A stretch of 64,000 nt of DNA from Octopus sinensis (GCF_006345805.1 NC_043012.1:27528001-27592000), one strand, 5' to 3'. Positions 13,731-27,600 are shown, numbered from the stretch's first letter. Made by a program: numbers and translations. The notes: a model not told the origin generated them from the sequence alone.

Positions 13731-14959
13731 TGTTTAAGTTTCATTCAGAATGAAGAAACCAGAGGAATTAAAAAAAAAAAAATTAAGTAAGAAATAAAAA
13801 TAGAATGACATCAATATGATAAAGATAGATAATTGAGTGATAAGTGTTTCAAATTTTAGTCGAGGAGTTAGAGATGCCAACTTCAAGGAAAATCCGTTGG
13901 TATATGAGGAGCATACTTTAACACAGGGAATTACCACTTAACTTCAACTGTTGTAACTTTGAGATTAAATCATGAAAATGATTGCATTGCGCTGTTAAGA
14001 ATAATTCATGTGATAAAAATACAAATACAAAAAACATTTTATATTTTATGCCAAATTTCATGTCTTAGTTTCCTCGGATTTACACAATTTAATTTTGATG
14101 TGATGTATAAAACTCAATACTGTTCGAATGCTCTCGTTATTCTTTTTACAAAATCACACCTACATACAGAAAAATAAAGAAAAGTAGGTTCTCTTCAAAG
14201 ACATGATAAAAATATTTCATGTAATTTTCGTAAGATATATTATCGATTTCTTTTAATCTCTGTACAGCTGTTTATGGGTTTTTTTCTGTATTAGGTACAT
14301 ACTCAAATTTCTTTCGATGTAGCGAAATCTGCATTCTTTTTTTTTTTTTGTAACTGATGAAAAAAAAAACAATTATTTAATAATTCTATGCATTTTTATA
14401 TTTTATAATAATTCTTGGTTCATTTTGTAAGTCTGTTTTCTTGTTTACTCTTTTGTTTATAGGGATCCGGTTTCATAATGCTTATTAGACAGGTAGCTGT
14501 GTAGTGAAAATGCCACTATTATCCGCCTTCTCATTGATGATATGGTTGGTGACGATGGAAGCTGGACGTTAATTTAGTCTTTTTAATTAATCGGCATTTT
14601 TAGTGACAATTATAATTCTGGGAACCGAAAATCAAAATTATATTATACATAAGTCATAGTCTGAGTGTGTGGTGAAGAGCCTTCAGTATTGGGCTTTCCT
14701 ACGTATTCTTTTCTTATAATACTTGATGGATAAGGATTCTCTCTGCTCTGCCTGTCTGTCACTATAACGAGGCAATGACATATATTCACATCTTCCTTGT
14801 TCTGTTGTTGCCGTTATAAAACGACTAGTGGGCATCCAACAAATGGTAAATTACATTCAAGCAGACATTTATTTTCGCTGTTCTTATATAGACAATATGC
14901 ATCTAAGAAAAGTGAATCTGTTGGAAATTACTAAAACATTAAGTAAAAGACAATACCAT

Positions 14960-15035
14960 CCTTCCGTTCGGTCGGCCTTCTGCTGGTAATGCGCAGAATA
15001 CGAGTGCGCATGAGATTAGAGGAAGTGACGTCAAA
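14960..15035. promoter_or_regulatory. Probable housekeeping-type promoter with an ETS-CRE composite (GGAAGTGACGTCA) and NRF1-like TGCGCATG
   Basis: GGAAGTGACGTCA at 15021-15033, TGCGCATG at ~15005, local CpG retention, ~1.3 kb upstream of the minus-strand ATG. Confidence 0.55.
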
Positions 15036-15947
15036 CACACTTGTTTAGCAGAGAGTTTGTAAAGTACGGATGTATATATGGAATGAAATAGTTTTATTTC
15101 GATCATTTTATTGTTTTCATAAAAAATAATATTTATAGTGTGTGTATTTGTGAAAATATAACACGTAAATACAACACAATAGAAAACATTAAAAAATAAT
15201 TACAGGATTTTTTTTCATTAAAAAATATATCAACAGAGGATTCGTTACATCCTATTAATATGTTAGTAACTTACAAAATTGGTGACAACACATTCGTGAT
15301 AATTCGGTACTTTCTCATAAACGTTAGTGATGCAGAAGTTTAATACAGAGATATATTTTTCAGTAAATACGACCAAGCATTCACAAAAACTGTTAGTATA
15401 ACACAAGTGGACACTTGAACTGCGACTGAGAACGATTTCTTTTTTAAAGACCTAATATCTAGGGTTTTAAATTATTAGTGGACAGAATGTGCACATAACA
15501 CATTGACATAGTCCTAATCGGCGAAATAATATAATTTGTTGGAACTTGTAGCGTTCTGATTGTACAAATAGATCAAAGGTTAGAATACATTTTACGCCTG
15601 GGAGAGAAAAGAAACAACGTTTTGGATGTTTATCCTTCTTCAGGGAGAAAGAAAAGATACAAGTCTCATTACTACACAACAAAATTCCATGAGGCATTTC
15701 ACGTACGAATGGAATTGTTATAGAGAAAGAAAAATATATGATAATCCTGGTCACAACAGCTAAAAAATATAATCTGCTTTAATGAATTGCAACTAAGTTA
15801 TTTGTAGCCTAATATTGACCAAATCAAAATTACTTCAAGGAGCAAATGTAAATGGTATTCCTACTAGAAAAACAGCTTCAAAAACAAACATGACTTTCTA
15901 GATTCTCTGCAGACATTCACTGGATCACAAGTCGAGAAAATTAAGGG

Positions 15948-16070
15948 ATGTGCAGGGATAACAACAATAGATTATTTAAATCAGCTTCCTTTCATTTTAC
16001 CAATGCCTCTTCTTGTCTTAGTGGCATCACAATTCAAAGTAATCAAACAGTACATGTTCTTAAAAAGATT
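15948..16070 (+). CDS. Possible first coding exon of a divergent gene (MCRDNNNRLF...HVLKKI, 41 codons)
   Basis: ATG at 15948 in frame with a consensus donor GTGAGT at 16071, in unique sequence; no homology recognised. Confidence 0.25.
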
Positions 16071-16392
16071 GTGAGTACATGTTTGAAAATGGAATGTGAA
16101 AAAGCTTGAGTTCAATTCTACATAACCAAACTGGCTGTGGGAATTGGGAGTCTTTGATTGATCCAGAAAAATACAGTAGAAAACAGTAAATACAACATCC
16201 CTTGTTGCATTTGTAATCTGTTACACCCTATTTGAAAAATTATATCAATATAATGCCGGGTAATAGAATAATATACTACACCAATGCGTAAAGGAATTTA
16301 CAAGTGAAGTGCGTTGTCTTTTATCATTTACTTGTTTCATTCATTTAACTGCAGCCATGCTGGGGAACCACCTTCAGAGTTATATATATAGA

Positions 16393-17450
16393 CAGGGGTT
16401 GGACAAAATAATGGAAACACCTTAATATTTCAAACAAATTTATTTTAATATGGGGTAAGACTGCCTCTGGCAGTAATTACAGCTTGAATTCTATAAGGTA
16501 TGAACTTGTACAAAGTTTCAATTATTTCCAAACGAATTTTTGTCCATTCTTCAGCTAAAACAGTCTCCAGTTCTTGTAGTGATGATGGTGTAGAATATTG
16601 ACTCCTTATTTGTTTTTCTAAAATACAACATAAATGTTTCATGATATTGAGATCTGGGGATTGTGGTGGCCAGATAAGATGTTCAACTTCACTAGAATGT
16701 TCCTTGTGCCATTCAGTAACAACTTTAGCTGTGTGAATTAGTGCATTATCATCCTGAAGGATTGTGTTTCCCTCTTGAAACAGTTCCGCAACCATAGGAT
16801 GAATTTGATCAGATAAAATGCTTAAATAGTCTTGACTATTAATTCTGCCATGACGGGAAACCATTGGGCCAGCAGATTTCCAACATATAGCCCCTTCACC
16901 CAGATCCTCCTCCATGTTGGAAGAGGGCAGTCTGAGTCAAATGTTTCTTTTGGCTGTCTCCACATGTGCACTTAGCCAGTGGTCGGAAATAGGGTAAAGG
17001 ATGACTCATCTGTGAAAGTAACATTCTTCCACTGCTCTAGGGACCAATTCTGTAGGTTTTTTACTCCACTCTAAATACTGTGCAACGTTTGTTTTTGAAA
17101 GCAGTGATTTTCTGATTGCAGCCCTACCATGAAATCCAGCTTTGTGAAGCTCCTGGCAAACAGTTTTTGTGGCAACTGGGTTCTTGAAGTGGTCATTATA
17201 CGCTGCAGTAATTTGGGGAGTTGTACATTTGTGATCCTTTCTAACAATTTGCGTAAGAGTCCAACAGTCCCTATCTGAAAGTTTGGGTTTTCTTCCAGAG
17301 TTTTCTTTCAACAAAGACGTTTTTCTCTCTTTCTCAAAGGCTGTCATTACTTTCAAGACAGTACTTCTTGATACACCAAACATTTTGGCTGTTTTCATTA
17401 TGCCTGCCATAAGAGCACCAACAATTTGACCTCTTTGCAGCAATTTTGAA
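16393..17450 (-). mobile_element. Decayed Tc1 transposon
   Basis: ORFs 17006-17443 (HTH; SGRKPKLSDRD) and 16445-16915 (QDDNALIH, WPPQSPDLN); one TIR-like end caggggttggacaaaataatggaaacacc. Confidence 0.9.
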
Positions 17451-17670
17451 TGAATGGGTTTATCTTTTGGTATCTTGTGTCACTAAAGTGTAGGAAGTAT
17501 GTTTTCTTTTTTAAGGAGTATTTTTATATTGATTTTTTTTAAACTTCAGGGAGACCATCTTCATGACATTTCGCAGTATAGGATGTGGCCTCATTGGGTG
17601 CAGGGCCCAACTGGCAGCAATCAGTCCAATTGGCTTAAGGCCAGCCCTGTATACATATATATATATATAT

Positions 17671-17735
<65 letters not shown>

Positions 17736-18049
17736 CATGTGTATGTATATATGCATTAATATGTATATAGACGTCTGCTGTATCATATATTTTGATTTCT
17801 ATTACATCCCTTGAGAATTCTTTGACCAACTGTTTTGCTTAATTGTTTATTTGTTTTTTTAAATCCTTATTCTTTCTCTAAGACTTCAGATATTTTATTT
17901 GAAACCAAAGTCTTTTTCATGGGCCCTTTACATACTAGTATGTGCCCTTGTATATGGACTCTAATGTCTCAGGGGCCCACTTGCCATCAGGCAAGCTAGC
18001 AATCTGGCCACTCTACCAATGTACGCATATATATATACATATATACAAC

Positions 18050-18192
18050 TGGCTACTTTTGATTTTTGTCTAGTAAATCTACTCACAAGATTTTGGTAAA
18101 CCTGAGACTATACTAGAAGACACTTACCCAAGGTGTCACACAGTGGATGCTACATCCAGAACCTTGTGGTTGGGAAGCAAGTTTCTTACCAC
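18050..18192 (-). mobile_element. SINE head fragment
   Basis: Similar to the reverse complement of 55179-55330. Confidence 0.6.
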
Positions 18193-18618
18193 AAACCCTT
18201 TTTTTTTTACCTGACCAAATATTTTTTCTAACTTGACTAGATAGATCTTATTTTCAAGCTACAAAAAGTTTATTTGTATTGTTTTAAAGTTGCAAAAGTA
18301 TATAATTTGCATTGGCATCATGAAGAATACTTCTTTGCATTCTTTGATAACAAACAGTATACATTCCTTGCAGAAGCAGAAGCCATGGAAAATATACTAA
18401 CATGCTGGCACAATATACTCAAGAGCAGTTTAGAATCTGAACTTCTTATATACAATATAAGACTTGTGAAAAATCTCCCAAACAGAAAGTTGTAGTATTC
18501 AAGGAAAGTCATTATAAGAAATCCAAAACAGCAAAATAATTTATATATGTGAATGCATCTATCAATATACAAATGTGTGGGTGTACTGAAACACACATGC
18601 TCTTGTATGTTTTATATA

Positions 18619-18671
<53 letters not shown>

Positions 18672-18690
18672 GTATGTATATATATGTATA

Positions 18691-20040
18691 TACTCTTTTA
18701 CTTGTTTTACCTACGCGGACATGGTCATGCTGGAGCACCACCATGGTCTTTCTGACTTCCTCAGTCTGGGCGTTTCATATCACCACTCCTGTATGTGCCT
18801 TTGTCCCAGCTTTTGGTACATTTGGTGTATAAGGGAGTTTGATTCCGCTGCCCTCATCTGTACCTCATGTCAGGTTGTTGGTTCATGCGGTATTGTGGAG
18901 AAGAAGATGTCTAGTTCCTTTTGAAGACATCTACTTCCACCTTATGCAAATTTCTTCATTTTTGTGGCAGAGCATTGAAGAGCTGTGGGCCTTTAAACCC
19001 TAGACTATTGCAGTACCTGGTCCTAAAGTTAGATGGAGAGGATGGTATTTTTGGTACAATACAATGGTGGTCAGTTTTGGGATTTGTATGACACTCAATG
19101 CCAAAGTTAGATACTAGCCCTTCTGGGATTTTCCATGTGCATATTGTTGCATATCTCTCATGCCTTTGCTCCAGGGAGTAAAGTTGCAGTTTTCTCAGCC
19201 TATCCATGTAGCTCATCCGTTACACTGTTTCAATCTTTTTAATGTAGTAGCGTTGGACTGCTTCAAGCTCCACTGTTAGTTTGGCACTATGTGGTGACCA
19301 TAACTGGAAGTAGTAGTCCAGGTGGCTGAGAACAAAGGCTCTCCACAGGATCAACATAGTTTCTTGGTCTCTTGTCTTGAAGGACCTCAGTATCCATCCT
19401 GCCAGTTATCTGAACTTCACTGCCATCTTGCTAATGTGCATATAAAATGATGTGCCGTTGCACGTACTGATCCCCAAGTCTTTCAGTACCTGTGACTCTG
19501 GGATTGTACTGCCTTCGGTCCTGTATATGTAGATTGTACTGTATTTGTGAGTTGATAGTGCAAGGGCTTGAAATTATCCAGCATTAAACTGCATGTCGTT
19601 TATTTCGGCCCACTTGTATATTGAATTTAGGTCCCACTGTAAGCTTGTAACATCATCTTGGATTTTTATTACTTGTGATAATTTTGTACCATAGGCATAG
19701 CTAGTGACAATGGCTGTTCAAGTGGCTGTGGGCATATCTAAAAGAGCTATTATGAACAGTAATGGCCCCAGAACAGTTCTCTGGGAAACACCATTTAGGA
19801 TCTAAGTTTCCACAGAAAAGGTGCCATTGGCTGCAACTAGCTGACTTCTGTTTTTAAGGAAGTCATGCAGCCACTATCCCAGTTTAGCAGCAATGCCATG
19901 ATCTATCTTATCAAATGCGTTTGCAAAGTCAAGATATATCACACTGACATCTGAATGGTCAAGCAGCTGTTTCAAAACCAGTCATAGTGGAGTTCAAGGG
20001 GATATATAATCCTGGCAGTTACTGTATTTCCTCTTAAATC
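18691..20040 (-). mobile_element. CR1/L2-group LINE, 5'-truncated, with 3' terminus
   Basis: DFANAFDKIDHG, GVSQRTVLGPLLF, YMDRLRKLQLYSLEQRHERY, NSLGFKGPQLFN; ends ggtggtgctccagcatgacc..aaacaagtaaaagagta. Confidence 0.85.
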
Positions 20041-20065
20041 AGTTTTATATGTTGGCTAAGAGAAT

Positions 20066-21760
20066 GAATGGGAGAAAGAGAGTCTGCTGAATGTCGACCC
20101 AACAGAGGGAACAGCAATCTGAATTGACACTACCTTGGTAGATAAAGCAATTAAGAGTATGAAGACAGGGAAAGCCCCAGGCCCATCAGGAATCACCACA
20201 GAGATGCTCAAAATATCTAGCGATGTCGGCTATAGCCTAGTCACCCGTATAGTTAACCAGGTGATACATGAAAGAGTCATACCCAATGACTGGTGTAGCA
20301 ACACCATAGTCAACTGCTACGAAGGTAAAGGTGATTATTTGGATACAAATAATTACAGAGGTATCAAGTTGTTGGATCAGGTAATGAAGGTTATGGAGAG
20401 GGTCATAGCCCAACTAATTAGAGAGAGAGTTAGATTAGATGAGATGCAGTTTGGGTTCCTGCCAGGGAAAAGCACCACTGATGCTATATTTCTGGTAAGA
20501 CAGCTGCAGGAGAAATACCTAAACAAAGATAAACCTCTGTACCTGGCTTTCGTTGACATGGAGAAAGCCTTTGACAGGGTCCCCCGATCACTTATCTGGT
20601 GGTCAATGAGGAAACTAGGGATAGATGAAAGTTTAGTGAGAGCTGTGCAAGCCATGTGCAGGGACACTGTCAGTAAGGTGAGGGTTGGCAACAAGTACAG
20701 TGAAGAACTCGGAGTAGAGGTAGGGGTCCACCAAGGTTCAGTCTTCAGTCCCCTCCTATTTACCATAGTCCTCCAGGCAATAACAGAGGAATTCCAGACA
20801 GGATGCCCCTTAGAGCTCCTCTATGCTGATGACCTTGCTCTAATTGCTGAGTCACTATCAGAACTAGAGTTTCAGGTGTGGAAGCAAGGATTAGAATCGA
20901 AGGGCCTTAGAGTCAACCTAGCAAAAACCAAAGTCCTAATAAGTAGGAAGGCAGCCAAACTACAAATCCCTTCAGGTAGATGGCCCTGCTCGATCTGTAG
21001 AAAAGGCGTAGGTAGAAACTCTATAAGATGTACCAAGTGTAAGCTATGGACACATAAGAGGTGCAGCAATGTCAAAGAAAGGCTAACTAGGAAGATAGTT
21101 TTTGTATGTGGCAGATGCTCAGGAGTAATAAACACCGAAAATGTGCAGAGAACAACTTCTGCCACATTCCAGGGAGAAAAACTAGAAGTATTTGATAGCT
21201 TCTGTTACCTAGGTGACCAAGTCAGTAGTGGGGGAAGGGTGCTCTGAAAGTGTAGCTGCTAGAATAAGAATAGCCTGGGCAAAGTTCAGAGAGCTCCTAC
21301 CTCGGCTGGTGACGAAGGGCCTCTCGCTCAGAGGAAAGGGTAGACTGTATGACGCATGTGTATGAACAGCCATGCTACATGGCAGTGAAACATGGGCCAT
21401 GACTGCTGAGGACATGCATAAGCTTGCAAGGAATGAAGCCAGTATGCTCTGCTGGATGTGTAATGTCAGTGTGCATACTCGACAGAATGTAAATGCCTTG
21501 AGAGAAAAGTTGAACCTAAGAAGCATTAGATGTGGTGTGCAAGAGAGATGACTGCACTGGTATGGTCATGTGGTGAGAATGGATGAGGATAGCTGTGTGA
21601 AAAAGTCTCACACCCCACCAGTTGAGGGAACCTGAGTAGAAACTCTGCCAGATCAGATTGGAGCCTGGTGCAGCCATCCAGCTTGCCAGTACTCAGTCAA
21701 ACTGTTCAACCCATGCCAACATGGAAAGCGGGCATTAAACAATAATGATGATGATGATGA
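20066..21760 (+). mobile_element. RTE LINE, 5'-truncated; 370-aa RT ORF with a PHD-like finger; (GAT)n tail
   Basis: ORF 20135-21247: GKAPGPSGI, FVDMEKAFDRV, QGSVFSPLLF, LYADD, then C-x2-C..C-x2-C-x4-H-x2-C..C-x2-C. Confidence 0.95.
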
Positions 21761-21892
21761 TATATATATATATATATATATATATACCGGAGTAAACACA
21801 TAAATGTGAAACAAGGTGGAAAAAGAGAGTACTCAAATACCAGTGGTAGAGTAATATGCTTTATTTAAAGCAGCAGAAAATTCAACAAAATT

Positions 21893-21928
21893 TGTTACTC
21901 TGAGTTTCTCGTTGCCATTCATCAGACA
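21893..21928 (-). ncRNA. Degenerate type I hammerhead motif in a PLE-type terminal-repeat fragment
   Basis: TGT-CTGATGA-ATG GCAA CGA-GAAA-CTC A GAG-TA-ACA; stem II is damaged. Confidence 0.45.
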
Positions 21929-22059
21929 GTTTTTGTTAGAATGGAACCGATATATCAATTCAATCCAGACTCTTACAAACGCTACACCTTTAAAAAATGG
22001 ACTTGTTTGATTGGCCCTTTAGAAATAACGGTCAATCTTCGAGCGATATACAAAAAATG

Positions 22060-22090
<31 letters not shown>

Positions 22091-23096
22091 TATATATATA
22101 TAAAAATTATAAAAATTATAAAATTCGAGGAAAAACCTTACATTGAATAAAATACATATTGTCGTTAATGAAGGAAATATAATTAATACATGGAAATTAA
22201 AATGCATTATAAATATTACACCGCAATACATATTCATATTAAAGTGTACATATATATATCAACAAACACAGAAGGATGCGTGCAAACACCATACATATAC
22301 AGACGTATAAATATAAATCTAAAATATACACATAAATGCATGCATACATATGTATACGCAATCTATCTCGCACGCAAGTTAAAATCATGGATGCTAACGT
22401 AGCGTTCCTTATTAACAGAGCAAAGCTTAAGACATAAGTAAGTGAGGGGAACGTAAAGTTGTATGCACCAGTATCAGTTAGAGAAAAAAATGAAAGAAAG
22501 GAAGAGAGAGAAAAAGGAACGAAGAAGGGGGAAAGAAAAAAGAAAAAGGAGGGGTGGGGAAAAAACGAAATAAGAAAAATTATGTATACAAGCTGTGTAA
22601 CCACGTTATTGACATATATATAGAGACAAGTATACAAACACACAAGTTCAAATGGATACATACACATACAGTCGTGTATGTGTGTGCTTAAGCACAAACA
22701 TACGCTCACTTACACATACACAGAGACGCATGCTTACAAATACATATCCATGGCTATACACATATTTACATCAAAATTCTAATTTTTGACAACATTGCTC
22801 TTTTTAAAAAAATGGTGAGTGCAATAATGAAAAATATACGAAAGACATAAAATATAACACCCTATTTTGGATCATCTATAAATTAAAAATCAAAGTAATC
22901 CTATACAATACAATAACATGAAATAAACAAAGCCAAAGGTTTTTCCTAATGTATATGTAGAAATATAAACAAAATAAACAAAATATATGCATGAGACTTT
23001 GCTATACGGAATGAAATCTGCATAGCGCGAAACAAATCCATCGTCGCATTTACATACTAGTCCAAGAGTCAAAATCAAAAATACAAAATATATATG

Positions 23097-24790
23097 CTAT
23101 CCATATGGTATATTTATACTTGACATTTTAAATTTGGTTGCGTGTCTACATAAGTTCATCAGCTCACTTCTTTGATTCAAAGAATTATTGTCTTTGAATA
23201 AAATATACAGTTTCTCTAATAGGCAAAGATTGCATTTAAAATTATTCCTGTGTGCTCCATGCCTGTATGGTGCCGCTCTGTCAAGAATGCTCCATGTCAC
23301 GTTGAAAGGTGGGGTTTCCTTTTCTTTTAGTTCCCAGACATATTTTGCTAGGCTGGTCCTCTTCCTATTCTCTGGGTATCTAAATGAATTTTTATGCGAA
23401 TAAAATCGTGTTTTAAACGAATTTTCCGAAGCCCCTGTATATGTCTTGTATTCTGATGAGCCTTCTATTTGTACCTTGGCTCTATAAACTACTCCTTTTA
23501 CTAGACATTTCCCTTCTAACGGACAGGAGTTTTCATTTTTGCAATTGCATTTCTTAATGGGCTCGGCACCATGTTTAATCTCAATCAGATTCCTATTATG
23601 CTGGCTAATGTAAGAGGCGAAATTTCTGCAACAAGAATAGCTAACCTTCAGGGTTCTTCTATTAAATATCCTATAGAATTTATGGCCCTGCTTAAAATGC
23701 TTAGAGACTAATCTCAAAAATTCCTTACAGCCAAATTCAAAGCCGGGTTGAACCACAAAACTTTCCTGGTCCTAGTTCTTCATGCAGGATTATTATCAGC
23801 ATTAAGCTGGCTGTATTGGATCTTCTCAGAGAATCCACTATTCTTTAATGCGCTATCGTAATAAGGTGCAGCATTATGGAATGCTGCCTCGTCCAAAGAA
23901 ATTGAAGATATTCTTCTACCTACATTGCTGACTAAGTTCCTAAGGATAACTGGTGGATGGTTCGAATCTTTGCTAATATACGATAGCTTTTCATTGGGCT
24001 TACGGAAAGGTTTAAATCAATCCGACCTTACATTAAAATTTATGTCTAAAAAATCTACACTATTCAGGTTAGCATCTATTGTAACCCGTAAGCCCATCCT
24101 TTGAAAGAAAGCAATAAGGTCCTTCCTAAGTCTATCTGATTCATGGCCGTTTAGATTATGCGTGGCTATAAGGCTGTCATCCCTACATAAACCTGCATCT
24201 ATAAATGGGAATTCTATTTTTAGATTATGAAGAATAAAGGCTCCTATGAGCATACATAACTCAGCCCCGTCGTATGCCCCCATCGGCACATCGAAAAGAG
24301 AATCCACACTCTTCTTAATCCAGGTGGAATCCTCGAAAAAAAGAAGTGATTTCCTTGCATGCATAATAATATCAATTTCCGAGCTATCGATGCTGACATA
24401 CTGCTTGGCGAAGTCCAATGCCCTTAGGAGTAACGTCCTAGATATTGACGGGTAAAAGTCAATAATGTCTAATTGCGTAAAACTGCAATTATTCTTATAG
24501 CTAATACCTTTAAACCACTCTATGACTGACTTACTATTCTTCCAAATTCTTAAGTCTACTTCACTATCTAACTTAGCTAAAATACAGTCCAAAATATTTT
24601 TGCTAATAATTCCTCTCTCAGTTTTATCTCATTTGGCGTTTCTATTAAAATTGGCTTTATGGTTTTTTCGAGTAATAAAAGCTGGTCATGGTGAAAGATA
24701 TTCAATCCTATCGCTAATCTTAAGATCGTTAGCTATTCCTCTTGCTTCTAAGTTCACCTCTTTGTATATATTTGTGTTATCTTTTTTGTA
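23097..24790 (-). mobile_element. Penelope-like element: RT + C-terminal GIY-YIG endonuclease, decayed
   Basis: LDIIDFYPSI, VPMGAYDGAE, CRDD (RT); CNCKNENSCPLEGKCL..VVY..YTG..FKTRFYSH..CNLCLLEK (EN). Confidence 0.93.
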
Positions 24791-24814
24791 TGTATATATA
24801 TGGATACATGTATG

Positions 24815-24898
<84 letters not shown>

Positions 24899-24900
<2 letters not shown>

Positions 24901-25525
24901 CAAATTGAGATAGGGGTTGTGAGTGCAACCCACCATGGGATAACATATATCCAATATACTGCTAGTAAAGCACCCAACAAAGTTAATACACATTTTCATG
25001 TGGATATGTATATGTTTGTATATTCTAATATATTGATTTGACTAACTGTAACCTTATATATATGTATATTATTATATATTATTATGTTTATATATATATA
25101 GGTGCATGTGTATATACACTTATATGTATGTGTATATTATATATTATGTATATGTACTCATTCCTGTATAGGTGTACCTTCTCTTATATTCATATTTGGA
25201 TTGTACTTTATAATTTCTGAAGAGGCCTTGGGATATATTTGTGTCTCATTTATAACCACATATTAACTTATCACACCTGGCTAATATGAGCATAATGAGA
25301 TACTCATATCTACATGGCTGAAACAGGTGTAAGATATAGTTTATATTTATATTTATATTTATTTATACATATTGTACTTATTGTATTATATTACTCATTG
25401 ATGTGCACTGTTTTGTTCTGTACTATTATGTTTGACCTTGATGTTTATATGTAAATTATGTGAATGGGTATTATCTGTTAGTTGATTATTGATTTAGGTG
25501 TATTCCTCCATTTTCTTATTTTGTA
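24899..25525. repeat. PLE pseudo-LTR family P2, head-to-head inverted copy
   Basis: 24899-24995 and 25010-25525 match, in opposite orientations, parts of 27650-28915, 49964-50563 and 51104-52250. Confidence 0.8.
25213..25335 (+). ncRNA. Type I hammerhead motif with ~95-nt stem II
   Basis: ATTT-CTGAAGA-GGCC...GGCT-GAAA-C AGGT G-TA-AGAT; internal helix gtgtctcatt/aatgagatac; predicted cleavage after 25331. Confidence 0.7.
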
Positions 25526-25545
25526 TATATATATATGTATATATA

Positions 25546-25604
<59 letters not shown>

Positions 25605-25605
25605 C

Positions 25606-25691
<86 letters not shown>

Positions 25692-25739
25692 TATAATATA
25701 TATATATATATATAAATATATATATATATAATATATATT

Positions 25740-25860
25740 GGCCTGATCGCTTAGCCAGCGGGGTGGCATCGTTTGAAGGCTAAAACAATGCGAACGCATT
25801 GTGACCAGCGATGTGTAGCAACATCTGATCGTCTGGTCGGTCACGTGACGTCACGTGATA
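25740..25860 (+). mobile_element. 3' part of a second SINE family
   Basis: Matches the reverse complement of 48277-48395. Confidence 0.8.
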
Positions 25861-25984
25861 TATAATATATATATAATATATATATATATATGTATATATA
25901 TTTATATATATATGTACATATATATATATCCTGTTTGCGTTGTGAACAGGGATTAATCTCCTCTCTTCGCTCCTTTACGCCATT

Positions 25985-26720
25985 TGGGCCCAACTCTCCT
26001 CCCCTCTTCATCTAACCTCCTCCCTTGTTTCTCCCCCTCCCTCCTACTTCCTCCCACCCTACTCTACTCTCTTTCCTTCTTCTCTCTTACTCTCTCTTCT
26101 CTCTTTCTCTCTTCACCCTCACTCTCCTTCTCTCCTTTCTCTCCCCCTCCCTCCTACTTCCTCCCACCCCAACTCTCCTCTCTTGCCCCAACTCCTACTT
26201 CTCTTCCCTCCTACTTCTCTTCACCCCTACTCTTTTTCCCTCTTCTCTCTCTCTTTCTCTCTTCTCCCTTTCTCTCTTTCTCTCTTCCTTCTTTCTCTCT
26301 TTTCTCTTCCTTCTTTCTCTCTTCTCTCTTATTCTCTTTCTCTCTTACTCTTTCACCTTCTCTTTCTCTTTTCTCTCCTCTCTCTCCTCACATACCCACC
26401 TTCCCCTCCCCCCATAAGCCCACCCACCCCTACACATTCCTACTCTACCTTCTCTATCCTTCCCATCCTGCCCATCCCCCCATCCTATCCCCCACACACT
26501 CTCCTACATACTCCACCTCTATCCCCACCCTCTGCCTACCCACAAACCCCAACTCTACCTGAACCCTCAGCCGAACCCACACCCCATCTGTGCTTTCCTC
26601 ACTCTCTCCTCCCCTACCTCCCAACAACATCAAACCACACCACATTACACCATACAACATTACACATCACATCACAACACACCACCCACACACCCATCCC
26701 CACATTTTCACACTTACACA
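25985..26720. repeat. CT-rich then CA-rich low-complexity tract
   Basis: Nearly G-free plus strand; overlapping ORFs are compositional artefacts. Confidence 0.9.
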
Positions 26721-27214
26721 TACATACACACACATGTCCAGACCACCAGCCCTCTTTCACACGCACATACATACTCTCTTATACATACACGCACCTTCGT
26801 GTTGGGGGTCATCTTTACTTTGTTATCTCCCCTACTTTCCTTCTCGTGTGTGACCCTTCTGTCCGAGTTAGTCACCATGATAGATCATTAGCCACTACAT
26901 ACATTTTTTTCTCTCCTTGTTTCTCTCCTTTTTTTTTTGTGTCCCTTTCTGTAGAAGAGCGTAGGCTCAAAATGTAAAAGACTTTTTCTATTCCTGAGTG
27001 TTATACTAATACATCTGTTTGTTTTGTACACCACCTGTCTTCGTCTTTTGTTTTTTCGTAAACTCTCCCTATATATATATATATGAATCACAGAATCAAA
27101 AGAGTACTCAATTCACCCTATATATATATACATACATACATATATATATGTATATATATACATATATATACATATACATAAATATATATATGTATATATA
27201 TATATGTGTGTGTA

Positions 27215-27598
27215 TCATCATCATCATCATCATCATCATCGTTTAACGTCTGTTTTCCGCGCTAGCACGGGTTTGACAGTTCGACCGGGGTCTGGGAAGC
27301 CAGGGGCTGCACCAGGCTCCAGTCTGATCTGGCAGAGTTTCTACAGCTAGATGCCCTTCCTAACGCCAACCACTCCGCGAGTGTAGTGGGTGCTTTTTAC
27401 ATGCCACCTGCACAGGTGCCAGGGGGGTCCGGCATTGGCCACAATCGGTTGGAGCTTTTAACGTGCTACCGGCACAGGAGCCACATTCAGATGCTGCTTT
27501 TTATGTGCCACCGGCACAGAAGCCAGTCGGAGCGGCGCTGGCATCGGCCACGTTCGGATGGTGCTTTTTTATGTGCTACCGGCACAGGAGCCAGTGTG
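27215..27598 (-). mobile_element. RTE 3' UTR/tail fragment with internal tandem subrepeats
   Basis: (CAT)n, then the same sequence as 43932-44300 and the reverse complement of 57890-58192. Confidence 0.85.
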
Positions 27599-27600
27599 TA

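Noticed and set aside
17499-17829. YI-repeat ORFs here and at other (TA)n tracts
   Set aside because: Microsatellite translations.
18274-18495. Possible host exon
   Set aside because: No convincing donor and no recognisable homology.
23005-23050. Hammerhead-like GAAAC...GTC with ATGC/GCAT stem
   Set aside because: CTG of the core is missing and stem II pairs poorly.
25984-26977. Long ORFs of 130-264 aa
   Set aside because: Products of a G-poor CT/CA tract that lacks stop codons.
27389-27594. CRISPR-like repeat-spacer look
   Set aside because: Repeats are degenerate, linkers are unequal (about 7-32 nt) and similar to each other, the block is part of an RTE 3' UTR, the genome is eukaryotic, and no cas genes are present.
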